A DNA stretch of 64,000 nucleotides. Origin: Raillietiella orientalis (Eukaryota). Where the stretch lies: NCBI GenBank assembly GCA_036172245.1, contig JAYWIR010000039.1, positions 62,001 to 126,000 of the forward strand. Reading direction: 5' to 3'. Below, in pieces: positions 12,701-26,400 of the stretch (the stretch's first letter is position 1; each line of letters starts with the position of its first letter). A program made the position numbers and the translations under genes. The notes beneath the pieces are model-generated. The model saw only the letters and a program-made list of their open reading frames with translations. It ran no database searches and had not been told where the DNA came from.

Positions 12701-15700
12701 GTTCTCGCATGTTTGATAGGTAGTATTATATAAGTTTGAATCCAACATTTTGTCGGTATTTTTGGCTTGATAATACAGTTTTTCAGCTGAAAGGATTTTC
12801 AGCATTTGAAACATTTAAAGAAATGAGAGAATGTTTCATGGATTGAAAAAAAAAGAGATGGAGAATACACGAACATTTTTGTGAAATTCTGCAACGGAAA
12901 AAGTATTTAATGTATTTTCCCAATTGTTCAAGGTTTTTCTCTTATTTTTGATCATTTAATATATTTTCATCATTCAGTTATGATTGCAGATTAAGAAACT
13001 TATCAACAATGTAATTAAAACTTGCATCACATTGCTTGGTAATTGCAAATATGTATGACGAATCTCAGCTTTCTTAAAAGGTAGGAAAGACATCCATTTG
13101 CATTCCTTGACATTGTCTTATCACATTTGCAAGAATGGCCGATGTGTATGCAGAAACACTAGATATATGCATATATGCGTACTTCCACTCCTAATGGTAT
13201 GTATGTATGTGTTAATGACAATTGAAAATGCAAAACTGCATTTTTGTCCAAATAAAGTATTCATTTGGATATTTAATTATCTGCAAGGTTTCATTCTTAC
13301 AAATATTCTATATGAAATAGTATGCTGGGCTCTGTAAATCCAATAATAAAATTCTGTATCAATGATCCTTTTGAATAGCCTGAGTGAAAGCACCTCAGAT
13401 TCCAAATCCTCTGTCTTATCCTCGATAGTCAATTTATTATTTTCGTTGGAAAGTTATTGATAGGTTCTCAGATCTAAATTCAAGAAGATTAAAGTATTAC
13501 AGCATTTTACTTTGTGAATGTAGTGAACCTACTCAATATAGCTGTTTTTCTTAATTATAAATAGCAAATTGCTAGTCAGTCTTTGCTTATGGATTTGAAA
13601 TTGCACATTTAATATTTTACCTAACTGTGACTATCATGTTTACAAATAGAATTCAAATCTTATAGGTGTTCATATGACAAGTTTGTAATTGGTTGGCAAT
13701 TTATACTCAAGTCCGTAATTACTCAACTAGTATTGATAAGTACTTAGTAATCAGACTGAACCTCACATATGCAAATAATTGTACAAGTATCACAGCCCCT
13801 CTTTTTTATTGACACAAACATGGTAAGAACTTGAAAAATATACTTATGTAGCCTAATTATTTATTATTGTTTTTCTGGACAATTTTTTTTTGTTAACATA
13901 GTGAGGCCTGTATTTCTTAAGTTTTATAAAAATGAAGAATAAAATCAGGCTGTTACATTCTGGTCTGTGTAATAAAGTATAGTTTTTGAAGTACTTGTGT
14001 GTGAGGCCTGTTAGTGTATAATTGTTATAGTTCTTTGTATGATGTGGTTTATACTTTAAAAAGCAATTAGCATGCTTTAGGTATTTACTTTCCCTGTAAT
14101 AATTTTTTTTGGCGAATTTTTTCAGGGGGGAGTTATATGATGCAGATAGATGGTTTTCAGTTTATTCAGGGCTTCATTCAAAATAATTAGTTTCCTGAGA
14201 ATAATACCCATTATTGTAACTATTCACTGTGTGCAAAAAGCAGATTGTTTTTTTCTGCTCTATTTTTGATTATTGCATGATCTGCTAATCTAAAATCTCA
14301 ACTCCTGTTCAAACAGATAGCCTTCACAGTTTCAAGGATACTAAGTAAGATTGCAATATCCACATGATTTGGAAAATCATTTTGCATGCAAAACATTGCT
14401 TGAGTTGATCCATCATATCTGGATAGTTGTATTTTTCCTTATTCACTATTTACTTCTGAATTCTTTGTATTGTGCTTTTCTTTAGTTGAAGTTTGATTAG
14501 GCTTCAAAATAAAGGATCATTTCCCATTGTTTTGAGGGCATTTAATTTCAATGTGTTGCATCCTTCTATTTTTGGAAAAGAAACAAAGAGTTGCAGCATA
14601 AGCATCGGAAATGTGTATTGTTATTTAATGAGTCTTTGAGTGACCATGGATAGTTTAGAATGGTCGCTCAAGAAATTAAATATTCTTGTACGATATTTTG
14701 TGAACGCTGATCTTTACTCTTTTGAAAGACCCAGTTTTAGAACCATATATTGCCTGTTGTGTTTGCTTGGCTTTGTGTTTAATGCAAGTGTTTGGTCACA
14801 AAATGGTGAAAAATCAAGACAGAATCAAAGAAGTTTCAGCGTATAAACGTATTTTAGCATATTGGGAAAATGGACAGTTCACACTGTTCATACGGAATGC
14901 CCTATGCTAAACTTATAAATAGTTGAAATGCAATTTATTAATTGCAGATTCTTCAAGCATCAATCCTCCAAGTGCACATCATATTAGAATTGAATGTGAA
15001 AAAATCGCAAATAAATTGAAGATTAAAGAAATTCCTCCAAAATCGTTAAAAGTCATTTTGGAACGGCTGATGATCTCTTTGCAGTTACCAGGTATGTTTA
15101 TTGCCGGAAGGAATAAAGCTTTCTGTTTGCGATGGAAATACGAGATCGAATTTTCGTTTTGTAAAGCATGAAAATGTTTAATCTATTCAAAGCTGTATAT
15201 GAAACATGCATTACTAACACTATATGAAAGCCTTGCCTTATCTAATTCAGATTGCATGTGCAGCCCAATTTGGCAGAATTTATTGTAATTGGCTGTTGTG
15301 TTTCCCAATCCAGAGTCCATTAAGCACATTACAAGGAATTTAATGAGAGCCTATCCATCCATTTTGATTCGACAGATCAAGAAATCTCACACTCACTACA
15401 TTTCCTCCATTCCATCCTATGAATCGCGTGCCGTGGCGTATATCCTCGTAACTTTGAAATTACTGTTCGGCTTAAATGATGCCACCGAGAGGAATCTCAG
15501 CAGACTGTGCAAGCAGAATTTGAAGAATCCACAAACGAAATGGAGTAAGCAGTACTTTATTTGGCAGGACTGGGTTTCCTATCTTATGGTAAAATGGATT
15601 TAAGAGTGAATTTTTTTTGTTTTTCGCACCGGAGTCAAAGGCTTAATAGCGATAAGTTTTTGATGCTTGTGCAACATCTTTATGTTTACGAGAACAGTTA

Positions 15701-15737
15701 ATTAAATTAATCATTCTGTTGTGAATCTGTGTAGCTG

Positions 15738-15769
<32 letters not shown>

Positions 15770-16757
15770 GAAAAGAAAAAGAAACAGGGAGGTAGTTACA
15801 GCATGCGAATTTCTTTTCAGTTTCGTAATCACTTGGTCCAGTTACTTCATCCAGGTCTTCTAGCTACCCAGCTGAGGCATCCTTTGCTTTTGTCATCAGA
15901 AGCACAACGTTTGAAAGAGTATTTTATGTCCCAAGGAGAATCGCAGCTCTTTGACTCGCGTGGATCAGGTGAAAGCTGGGGTGAATCGATGTTTTTGCTA
16001 TTTTGCATTCATTCCAGAAATGGGATGCTCGGATACATTAAGGACGTTGTTGGAGCGCCTGTGTTCTTCTAACCCCGACGCTGCCGCGAAGAGATGGGTG
16101 CCCTTCAACCCATCCTTGCTACCCGAGTTGTCCGTTGTGATGGATGCCAGGAGCAGTGGCTGCCTTTTTGCTTTAGACCTGCCAAAGGAAGCGTACAATC
16201 TTGTGGATCGCGACTTCTCGCAGAGTTACTTCAATCCCTTCGAGGAATTCCGTCAGCTGGACACCTCGCAGTGGCCGCACGTTCACGCGCCTCTGTTCCT
16301 TGTGGATCGCGCAAAGTCTTGGGAGATCGAGCCACACTTGGATAAAAATTTAAGTGCACGCGTGGTGGACACCCCAAATTCAGATGCTGTTTCTCGGTCA
16401 AAGAAAAAGTCGAAGACGGACGCGCAGGCCAAACCGCCGAAGTTACCGTTTCGTGAGATTGAGCAAAATCTGTTGCACCCTTGGAAAAAATATTGGGTTT
16501 TCCAAACTCCCGATCTCCTTCGCACCCTCGCGACCCAAGACAAGTTCCTCGACTATTTCGTTGTTCGAAGTGATCTGCCAGTTTCTTTCTGTAAGATCCT
16601 GGACATACTCGCATCGCTGATAGAAGTGCGCCCCGAGGAAATTTTGGGTCAGTTGATGATGATAGAACAGTTGCTGGTTTCCGAGGATACGAACGAGAGT
16701 AACGCTCACTTGAAAGTTCGCAGTCACATAAAAACCTTATTTGACGAAAACTGGTAA
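9798..16757 (+). CDS. TAF1B: TATA box-binding protein-associated factor RNA polymerase I subunit B (Rrn7 family); exons 9798-10011, 10052-10181, 11535-11681, 11754-11845, 14948-15091, 15314-15588, 15821-15968, 16018-16757
   Basis: N-terminal zinc ribbon CSVCNSRNFECVNGFYYCCVCQTQS (zf-RRN7 pattern). Family-like motifs DLIRWIREGHFPY, LQLP, YESRAVAYILVTLKLLFGLND and W-x-x-W. All eight exons join in frame through GT-AG introns; TAA at 16755-16757. Confidence 0.9.
15738..15769. repeat. T18-A14 homopolymer fold-back in a TAF1B intron
   Basis: T run 15738-15755 abuts A run 15756-15769; flanking CTGTTT (15735) and AAACAG (15782-15787) are also complementary. Confidence 0.85.
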
Positions 16758-19700
16758 GTCGGTTGGCGGTCGCCAGAGAAGAGCAAAAGTTTTGGAAAAA
16801 GCAATCTGATTCCAATCACATGTCGATTCGAATCCCCCCCCCCTCCCGACCGCAGTGTGGTTCATTTTCAAATAAGCCATTTCACCACAGTCCCGAGTCC
16901 GCATTTCGGAGGAGGCGCGTGTGTGTGTGTGTGTCAGTCTGATGACTTTTGTTTCCACTCGGCCCTCGGGTATCCATCGAGCGTAAATTGAAACTGTGAT
17001 TTTGCATATTGGTCCCAATTCGGTAACCATGGGCTGCCTGTGCTTGAAGAGATGGAACCAAAAAATATCCGCCGGATGAGCCGACGTCGGAATTTTCTGT
17101 TTGCAGCATTCGTCCGTGGATAAAGCAAGGAATTTCCTATTAGCATAAAATTCTACATAGAGGGGGTGTCAATGTCATTCGGTGCCTCACACTGCCAAAG
17201 TGTATATTTAAATGTCAAGTCTGTTGAGGTGATCCTAGGCGCGAGTTCTCGACAGATTGGTGTCCAACCTTTATTTTTGTGTGCGTATACGCACGCGCTT
17301 TTTTCCATGGTTTAGCATCGTTTTTCACCGTTCTTCAATCATTCTATGCTCTCATTATCATCGAATCTCTTGACCGTCAGTGATGGTTGCCCCTTTCTCC
17401 CCCCCCCCCCACACACACACACATACACACATTCCGTGTTCCGAATCGCCTTTGCCCGGCATTTCGGTCGACTGTTGGTGGGTGGTGGTGATTTTGGCTG
17501 CACACATGTTGAAAACTCTCGGCGGTGCATATGTAAAAGTTCGATCCCGGGCACACCCACGAAAATGAGCTTTTCCTATCTTTCGAATCGAGTGCGCCTT
17601 CGTCGAGCGCAATTTCCATGTTAATTTCGGGGGAAAGCTCACTTTTAATTCGACAGGCCGCGCCAAATGTTAAGTTTCGCGAAGGGTGGCTTCTTCACTG
17701 GAGCCCGCACGAGACCTTCAAGTTCTGCCGCTCTGGCTTCGGGAGTACAAGCCTTCATGTTTCCAGGAACTCGTGCAATTTTTAAACATTGGGGAGCATC
17801 CTTTTTCTTTTTTTCCTGCGACACGTCAAAAACTACTAGGTTAACATCTCCCCGACCACCCACGTCCACAGTGTGGTCTCGGTCACCGTGCAATCCGGAC
17901 GGTTTCCACTGGGATCAAGAAGTTTATGGAAGCTTCTCTCACGTTTACATATTCGCTTGGATTGCTTTCAGATCTTAGAATTTGTTTTCTTTCGAGAAGA
18001 AAAAAAAAAAAAAAAAAAAATACAAATTCTTCTGAACCTTCGGATCGTTTCTGACGTTTCTCAAGTGAAGTAATTTGTTAGATGCCAAGGGTAGATCTTG
18101 ATAAAAACAATAAAAATTACAAAAGTAAGACGCACTACGTCCTTGCCGAGTTTTCCACGCCGGTAACGGTTGGATTTATTCAGTTAATTAGAAGAAAGGC
18201 AGCAACTGCTAAGAGATTTCTGTAGCACAACCTTGAGATCCAACTTGGAGATGCAGGTTTGGAAAATGCCTATTCTGAAATGTTTTGCTTCACCTACACA
18301 GGATCTTAAAGCCAAGGTTATCGAAGCACTGGCTGAGATCCGTTTATTCCAAAGCGAAGAATCAGCGTCTGCAAGAAGCCATAAGCATAAAGCCATACCT
18401 ATTACTTCGTCGTCATTTTGCTAGGGGGTGTATTTTTCTCGGTCTGAACCGAGTGAAGCCAACTTGTTGCCACTTTCTTGCGGATGCCTCGCACTTTTGC
18501 TGTCTTGGTTTTCCTCTTCTGTTCCTAAAATTTCTGGAATATGGAGGTGGGAGTTGAAGTGAGGATCACGTGCATCCCTTTCACGCACGAAAAAAAGTAA
18601 TGCCGGATTATCGTACGGGGATATTTTGAAGCTGTTGCTAGCGAGTGGGATGAAACTCCAGTTTTGGAGTAAAAATGGAGCGACTGCAAGTGAAAACCGG
18701 AGGCGTGAAGAACGTCACTAATGCAGCAGAGGGGTTCATGTGGAACTACCATTCATTCCACGGGCTTAAACACTGTGTTCATCTTAGGAAGTGAGTGTGG
18801 AGATGCACGAAATTGCTATGGGATACAACGGGCCGCTCCATTTTCCCAAACTCCCGAATTCAACGTGCCCTGTTGGTAGTGTGACCTTTACTCACAGCCA
18901 GCATCTTCCATCGAGATTGAACTTTTTTCGAAACAGGTTTTCTCGCACAGTCGCGCAACGAACGTACATTTGTGGAACGACCAAGTTGCGGTCCTGACGT
19001 GTGCTCACTTGTCCTGGCAGGTCGTCTTAAGAACTGGAATGCCGAGGGAGCAGTGCATCGTTATCCGAAGCAGGCATCGCATTTCAGATCTTGTGTGCTT
19101 TCTCACGCGTAGCAGAAAGAAAGGGGAGCGACGAGAGAGCAACCGAAACATTAGTGATGTTGTTTTTCCCTTGTAATGTCTAAAACTATCCCGGGCAATT
19201 TTCGAGGATTCTGAAAGAATCCCGGCAGCTCCTTTTCGGCTGGTATCAAGGAATCGTACGAAAGCGTTCCCATGAACGCGCCGAAAGTGCTGCTGGAAGC
19301 TGCGTACGCATCCGAATCACATGATATGCTTGGTGAAAGGGGGTGTCCGAAGGACGTCATCCCGAGGAAGACGCGGTAAAGTGGAACTAAAAGCTCTTCC
19401 ACAGGCAGAGCGGACAAGAGTGTGCTCTGTCCCACAGGCAGTTTACTTCATCAGCAATCGCCTTTCCGGATGCTGGCTGAAGGCAGCTCAAAAATGGGCT
19501 GTCATCTGCTGAGATTCACCCAAAACGGGAATCAGTTTTTCTAAAAGGAAAAAAACTGATCCACAACGAAATCAGATCGATATTTAGGACGTTGCCAGAA
19601 TTTTGCCGCCATTTTTTCCTAGTGATGACAAACCATCGAAGAAAAAATTGTTTACGGACAAAGAGCTATTTCGATTAAGAAACTTGAGACAAGCAAGTGC

Positions 19701-19849
19701 AGCGATGGAATCACTTTTCGTGTAGCTGTTTATTCTTCATGTAGCAATGGGGGGGGGGGGGGACATTTTCCCTTGGTATATGCATTTAGTCCCGCTTCTG
19801 TTGAAGAAAATACTGATACTTGTATGTTGGTCGAATGCCTTCAATCCAC

Positions 19850-21060
19850 GGTTTAGCAAATGACACGAAGAAACCATAAAGTTCCCCGCGCTCTTGGAAT
19901 CTGCTCACGAGTTTGGCAGGCAGTCTATGCTTCAAGCTATCGCTAACAAAGGAATCCATCCATGTGAGGGGTTTCAAACATCACGAGTTGGTGTTGAAAA
20001 CGTTCCTCCCCCTCTAAACGCGGGAGTGGACCGGCTGCGAGCGCGAATCGATGGAAAGGAATGCTCGACTGTCATCATGAACAGCATCCTCAGCATCCTT
20101 CGTGTGATGCCAAACACGACGTTCTCATTTCGATTCGAGGCAGGGGTTCACCAAGGTCATCGTAGAAAAGCAAGCTTGCTTCTGGAAGCTGATTTCATCC
20201 TGTGATCTCTGATGAGAGAGATGAACGAATGCTACTGTGGCACGATTAAGATGAAAACCACGAATTTTCGTAGAACTCGTGGGTATGGTCCTACCATGGC
20301 TCCAGGGTGATTTTCCACAGGCTACGAGTGCTTGGTCTTTCAGTGGTGCCTACACTGCACTGTGGCAGCGGAGGGGGCGGGTTCATACAGCTGCAAGGAA
20401 GCACAGTCGCTCATCTTCCCTGAAGACCATTCCCAGCAGAACCCTAGGCGTGCTCTCTGAAGGGTACAACACGGTTCGAGCTTTGATACGCAGAAGTGCT
20501 TAAGGGAGTGAGTGGGCGGTAGACTGATGAAAATCAGTACATCCCATGTACGGGAGGCCTCCTCCTTTTCACAACTGCCGATGCTTCATTTGCTTTTCTG
20601 GAATAAGTCCTTTCAGGGACGACCTCGGCTAAAATAAGACTGATGTTCTCCCAGTAGCGTGCACGCTGCCTTGTCGTTTGGCAAGTCCAACATTCGGAAT
20701 GGTTGCTCAAATCGAGCTCATCACTGCTGCTGGGGGCTAAGCTCTACGTCTTTCCGAGGTCCTCATAACCTCGATAAGAAGAGGCGGGCAGCCACATTGC
20801 TGCTCTTGTGGTGCATTCACTTAATCATCGTTCTGGATCGAGCCTCCGGCGGGTACCTGCATACTCCAAGAGGTCAGTGCCAGCTGACATTCCCCATTGA
20901 CAACCCCCTGGCGGGCCCATCCACCCTCCTCGAAACAGTCCAGCTTGAGAGCACATCTCTCTGTGGAATGTTCCACTGTATTGCTTAGCTTGCTCTCTCT
21001 GTCAGGGTGATGGAGAGTGCGAGTCTGTGGACCCCCTCATGACAGACATCACGTGAACAG
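19850..21060 (-). mobile_element. Decayed L1/Tx1-like ORF2 C-terminal fragment(s)
   Basis: Patchy DNA similarity to the 36900-37400 copy (e.g. ATTCCCAGCA at about 20430 and about 36988); remnants such as KHRLP and YWENISL on the minus strand. Confidence 0.45.
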
Positions 21061-21099
21061 GGCTCTCCCTGGCAGGGCTATCGTGTTATCGTCCCCTAC

Positions 21100-21850
21100 G
21101 AGCGCGTGCTGGCTGTTTCCGTTACCGGACGGAGGAGGTGAAAGATCTTAAGGGAGAGGCAGGAAAAGTGATGATTTTTCCTCGAGTTTGTTTTGCTTCC
21201 TGGTAACAAAGGTCTGCTACCTACTCTCCAAGTTTTTTTTTGCTGTTGTTCTTCTACCAAGGACACCGCTAGCTCTTTCCTTATGCCGGCCAGACAGACA
21301 GCACCCCAGTTGTGGATCCCGGGAATCAGGAGAGGGAAGGTCAGCAGTAAAGTTTCTGCTCCTCCTCTTCCACCCCCTCCATCCCCTCGAGCAGTGCTGT
21401 GTAACAATCGTGACCTGCCCGTTTTCATTGGTCTCACCGCGCGATCTGTTTTCTGCGCGCGCAGCTCACTCCCTTCGATCCGCACGGTCTCCTCCTGCTA
21501 TGGAGCTGCCGCGCAAAGAGGGCTTCAACCATCGGCGTCCGCAGATCTTTCTAGCAGATCTTCCTTTGCACCCGCCCGCGCGGGAGGATGCTGAAAGATC
21601 GGCGCGCGTCGGTGATTTCCCCCGCCTTCACGAACGCTTGCTGGATTGCCCACGTGTCCAGCGTTACGGCGGAGAGTGCCTCGTCTGCTGGGTGACGCTC
21701 GGAGGTGAGGGTTTTCCTGGTCCCCGGATGCGTTACGGCCTTGGGCTAGGTCGAAGCGTGAGGAGGGATCGTGCTTATATCCACATCCCATCCTGATGGC
21801 TTGGAGGCGCTGATGCAGCCTCGGCCCGCCTGCTTCAGAATTTCCTTCCT
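21100..21850 (+). mobile_element. Decayed LINE ORF2 zinc-finger region
   Basis: HERLLDCPRVQRY (about 21628-21667) parallels PHLLLDCGVLQGLW of the 53295-53936 copy. Confidence 0.45.
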
Positions 21851-22634
21851 CCACTTGCGCAGCCGGCCGGAAACCTACTCAGTCCAGCCCCGGGTACAGA
21901 TTCGGAAACATCCCCGGATTTCGCGCACACCTGTGGCCGACGATCGGGCAGGAGGACGGAGCGGCCAGCGTTTTCTTTTTTTTTTTTCCGTTCTGAAGGG
22001 ATACGCACGCGCGCGTCTTCCCGGCCGTCCTTCGTTTCCAGCAGCGCGTCCTGCGAGGAGCGCCCTCGGGTTTCGGCGCCTCTGAATTCCGAGACCGGGA
22101 TCACAGCGCTCGCGTTCGAGGGGCTCGCAGCTATCGGTCGGGGCGGCGCAGCGGAGCGAGAAAAAACAAAAAAAAGAGGACGTGGCCGCCACCTTCTCGT
22201 GGCAGCACCTTTTCCGAACGAGCCTCGTGCAATTTCAGGCTCATCCACGTGGATGGAATCAGCCTCGATCCTCTGACGAAGGGTGCGCCTCCAGAGATGC
22301 TCTTTGGTTGGCACGGGTGCTTGCCGAAACCGACGAGCGTTGCGTAGCAGCAGTAGCTCGCGAGGAGGCTTTGACGAGATTTTTATCGCCCCTGACCTTC
22401 GTGCATGCTGGAATCGGAATGCGATCTGCAATCTTCTAATTCCAAATGATGCTGCATGAAAAAAAAGAAAAAAAAATCTCCGAGAATGAGCGCACCAAAG
22501 CAGCGGCTGGATTCTTCGGAGACGTTGCTGAAGAACACGCACGTCGGAGCGCTTGCTGCCGAGAGTGGTCTTTCCGGAGCACCCCACGCAACCACGTCAG
22601 ACTCCCCTCTTTCCCCTCCCACCCCACCCCCAAG

Positions 22635-22701
22635 AAAAAAGAAAAGAGAAATAGGGGAAAATGTTTCTTGTACATTTTCCCCTATTTCTCTTTTCTTTTT
22701 T
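22635..22701. repeat. Perfect 30-bp inverted repeat with 7-nt loop
   Basis: AAAAAAGAAAAGAGAAATAGGGGAAAATGT (22635-22664), loop TTCTTGT, exact reverse complement at 22672-22701. Confidence 0.97.
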
Positions 22702-23497
22702 GTGAGGAAGCCTGAACCCTGAGATGCTGAGGAAGAGAGCGCGCCTGTACAGAGATGCAGGTCGAGCGAGGTTCACCGTGACAGTCCCGGAGACGCTGCA
22801 GAGGCGGAACAAGAAAGGCCACAGAGGTTTTAATGCCTGCCGTTATCTGAAAGCGTCTGTTGCTGTTGCTTGGAGGCGGGAGATCAAAGGCGCGGCCGCG
22901 CTGTCCCTGAGGGAGACGCGCGACCGCTGTCCCGTCTCGCTGCGAGGCGTGCCCGGGGGAGGGCACTTCGTCTTCCCGTTGCAGCAGCGCCGTCACTTCC
23001 GGAGCAAAGGAGCCTCCGGCACCTCCGCACGGATTTTTTGTCGGAGGGCGAGAGGAGGGGGAGGGGGGGGGAAGGATGGACGAGGAGGGAAGCTGCTGCT
23101 GCTGCTCCGACCACGTGGGGAGGGCGACCGGCGCGCTCAACCGAGGGGGAGTGGGTCGCACGCGGCGACACTCGCCCGCTTCCTCCGTTACGCTGGCGGA
23201 GCGGTTCGTGCAAAGTTCCTCCGGGCGCCGCGTCACGCGGCAAAAATAAATGAGATGTTCTGCCCAAGTTGAGTCCAGGAGGCGCAGAGCAGGAGCTGAG
23301 CGTATGGACGTGGCACGGGAGCGCGCGTTTCCCACGACGACGGGTAGTCTTTTATCTTTCCTCCCTCTGCACCTCTCCCGTGGCGCAAACAAGGGATCCG
23401 CTCTTGCTGCTCTGCAGGCGGCAAACCCTGGCTTCCCTGCCTCCAGGAGAGGGGGGAGCTTTCCAGCGAGCAGGGGCTGCTGCTGGCCCTTCCGGGA

Positions 23498-26400
23498 TCA
23501 GGTCGGGCCACCGCACTGGAGTTCGTCAGCGCCGTCAGGGCACTGGGCGACCCCGTCGCAGAGCTGGTGGGGTTGGATGCACTCGCGGTCAGGACAAGCC
23601 AATGTGCCCGCAGGGCACCGGTCCAGTCCTGGTCGCTGTAGGCGGAGGACGCTTCTCCGGAGCAGCTCCTCGGGAACGTTCTGGGGCACGGCAGCGTTCG
23701 GAGGGCAGCCATCCTCGTCGCTGCCGTCCCAGCAGTCGAGGTCACCGTTGCATTTCCACTTCTCCGGGATGCACCGTCCGGACGCCTCACAACGGAACTC
23801 GGACAACCTGCACTCTGCGGGGAGAGGGAGGAGAAGCCCTGCACCCGTTGCCGTCCCCCAGGCGTGGCGGATCGCAGGCAGGGGATGCGATCTCTTACCT
23901 GAGCTGGTGCAGTTGGACGGCTCGTCGCTGCCGTCGGCGCAGTCCAGGGACCCATCGCAGACCCGTTGCTCCGGCAGGCACCGGGAGCCATCCAGGCAGC
24001 GGAACTTCCCTGGACCACCGCAGTCCACCTCCGAGGCGCCGTTTGTCTGCCCCGCGGCGACCTCGACGCCGCCGCAGTCCGCTTCGTCGGAGCCATCTGG
24101 GCAGTCGCGGTCGCGGTCGCAGCGCCACCTCAGGGGCACGCAGTGGCCGTCCGCAGCGCACCTGCGAGGATCGGGCCGTTGGCGCCGCCGCCACACACAG
24201 CGCTGCCAATTCTCCCACCTGAACTCCCTCTCGGTACAGCGGGAGCAGACCAGCTCGTCATCCCCTCCGGGGCAGTCCTTCGTCCCGTCACACCACCACT
24301 TCCTGGGCATGCAGGTGCCGTCGGAGCAGGGGAACTCTCCCTCGAGACATGCAGAGCCTGCGCGGGAGGATGCAGGTGGAAGGAGGATGTGCGGTAAGGC
24401 CGCAACGCCCCCACCTCCGTCGCTGCCCTTGCCCGTCTTCCTTCCCCCCCCCCCCACTTCCGTCGCTGGCTCGGAGAAGAGCCACTGTGGATGGGCTCGG
24501 GACAGGCGGGAGAGCGAGGACGTTGCCGGTACTTTACCGCTCCGACCTGAGGCCGAACGCCTCACCTGCAGCTAGGTTGACGCACACTTCCGGATCGCTG
24601 GAGCTGGGGTAATTCTCGCAGTTCAGGGACTCCGACAGCGGCGACGAGAGGGCGACGAGCTCCTGGCATCCGTGCAGGGCGGCTGCAAAAAAAAGGAAAG
24701 GAGAGAGATGCGGGCGGTTCAGGGAGTACCACCTTCCTTTCCACCCACCCACCCTCCACGAGACTGAGGGAAGATTGCGCGCTACGGAAGGAGAAGAGTC
24801 AGGAGAGACAAACTCCTTTTCCTTTTCCTTCCGATCTCCCCGTAAACGATCTCCCGGGGTCTCTGTATGCTTCTGCTGTCTCCCTTCGACCCTTTCCCCT
24901 CCTTCCACCTCCTCCACCTTTGTGTCTCTTCCTCTCTTTCCTCCTTATTTCCTCTTTCCTTCCTTCTCTTCTTCCTCCTCTTTCAGACGCCTTTCATGGG
25001 GCGTTTTCCCGCCAGAATTCTCGAGCGCCAAGTAAGCGGGGTTCAGAGCAAAGGAGGAAAAGAAAAAGAAACGGGAAAATGAGCGCAAGAGGCGTTCACC
25101 CTTTCCCGGCAATTGGCCCACTTGGGCGGAAGGGGTGCCCTGGGGTCGCGCCTCGGGGGTCTTCGCGGGGCGTTATCTCGCGGAGGCACGCGGCGGCAGA
25201 CCGCGCCGGCGCATCCGGTCGCAACCGGAAACTGGGTTAATCGCGGCGGCACCCGCCTGCAGCACCGCGGCGCACGGGTCAAGGGCCGACCGGCGGCGGT
25301 CGCGGCGAGCGGGCGGACTGGAACGCCCCGCTGGTTAACCAGGTCATCGTCGGCGCGGGATGCCTCCTCCTCCCCCGCTGCTGATCCTCTTCCTTCGCTC
25401 CCTTCCAGCATCGTCGTCATCGTCCTCCTCTCCCTGCTTTCCGGACGGACTGCAGTTCTCCCTCTCGCCCGCGCTCTTAGCCTTCTCCCCCTGTGACTGA
25501 CCCCGGGCTGCCTGGCAGCGTGGACGGAGCTACCAGCCCCTTGGGGGTCCCTCGGAACGCTGCAGGGGACGTCCCTCCTCCCAGGAGCTCACCTTTGCAA
25601 AACTGCTTGCAGGGCGGCGTAGCGCCGACTCGCGGCGGCGAGGGGCAAGGGGGCCGCAGTAGAGAGCACACGAAGGCCCGGGCCCGTGGGTTGCACCGCG
25701 AGCCGGCGATGAGCTGCAGGTAGCGTAGCGCGGACCTTGCGGCGGGCGCTCGGGTAGCGCGAGAGTAGGGCAGGACGCCCTGGCAGAGGTCCAGGTCCAG
25801 AGCAGAGCAGCCTGGCGGGGAATCGTCGTCACCCCACATGCCAGTGGGTTCCTCGTTCAAGGGGTTGGCGCCAGCGAGATCTCCGGCATCGCTCGCAGCG
25901 CCTTCTGCGGGTGCGGAGGGGTCCTGGGGGAGGAAATAGGCAGTCGCGGTGGGCAGGAGATCCCGGGCCCATCAATGCTCACCTGTGGGTCGGAGGGGTG
26001 CGGCCCCTTGATGACTCCTGGGAGTGCCCGCCGCGTCGGGCTGAGGCGGGGAGCCGTCAGAAGACTCGAAAGCCAAGGGGGGCCGAGGACACCCTCGGAA
26101 GTATCGACAGGAGGACGTCGGGGAGCGCGAAGGTCGATGACCTCAAGACGGGGGTCCGGAGCGCCCTCAGCGCCCCCGGGAAGCAAGGCCAGGTCTTGGA
26201 TGCTGTGCACCCCCGTCCCGTTCCCCGTCCCGGGGCTCCTGAAGTCTTCTTGCAAATAGTCGATGCTGTCGGGCCCATCGGGGCCCCAGAGGGGATGCCC
26301 CTCTCCCACGGGGATGCCGTCGCTGCCTTCCCGGATGACGTGGAGGAGTCCGTGGGGCTGCTCGACAGCCTGCCCTTCGCGGAAGCGTTCCTCGTCGTCC

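Noticed and set aside
15251..15288. Apparent in-frame TAA in TAF1B if the acceptor at 15250 is used
   Set aside because: The acceptor at 15313 gives an in-phase open exon, so there is no evidence for a pseudogene or recoding.
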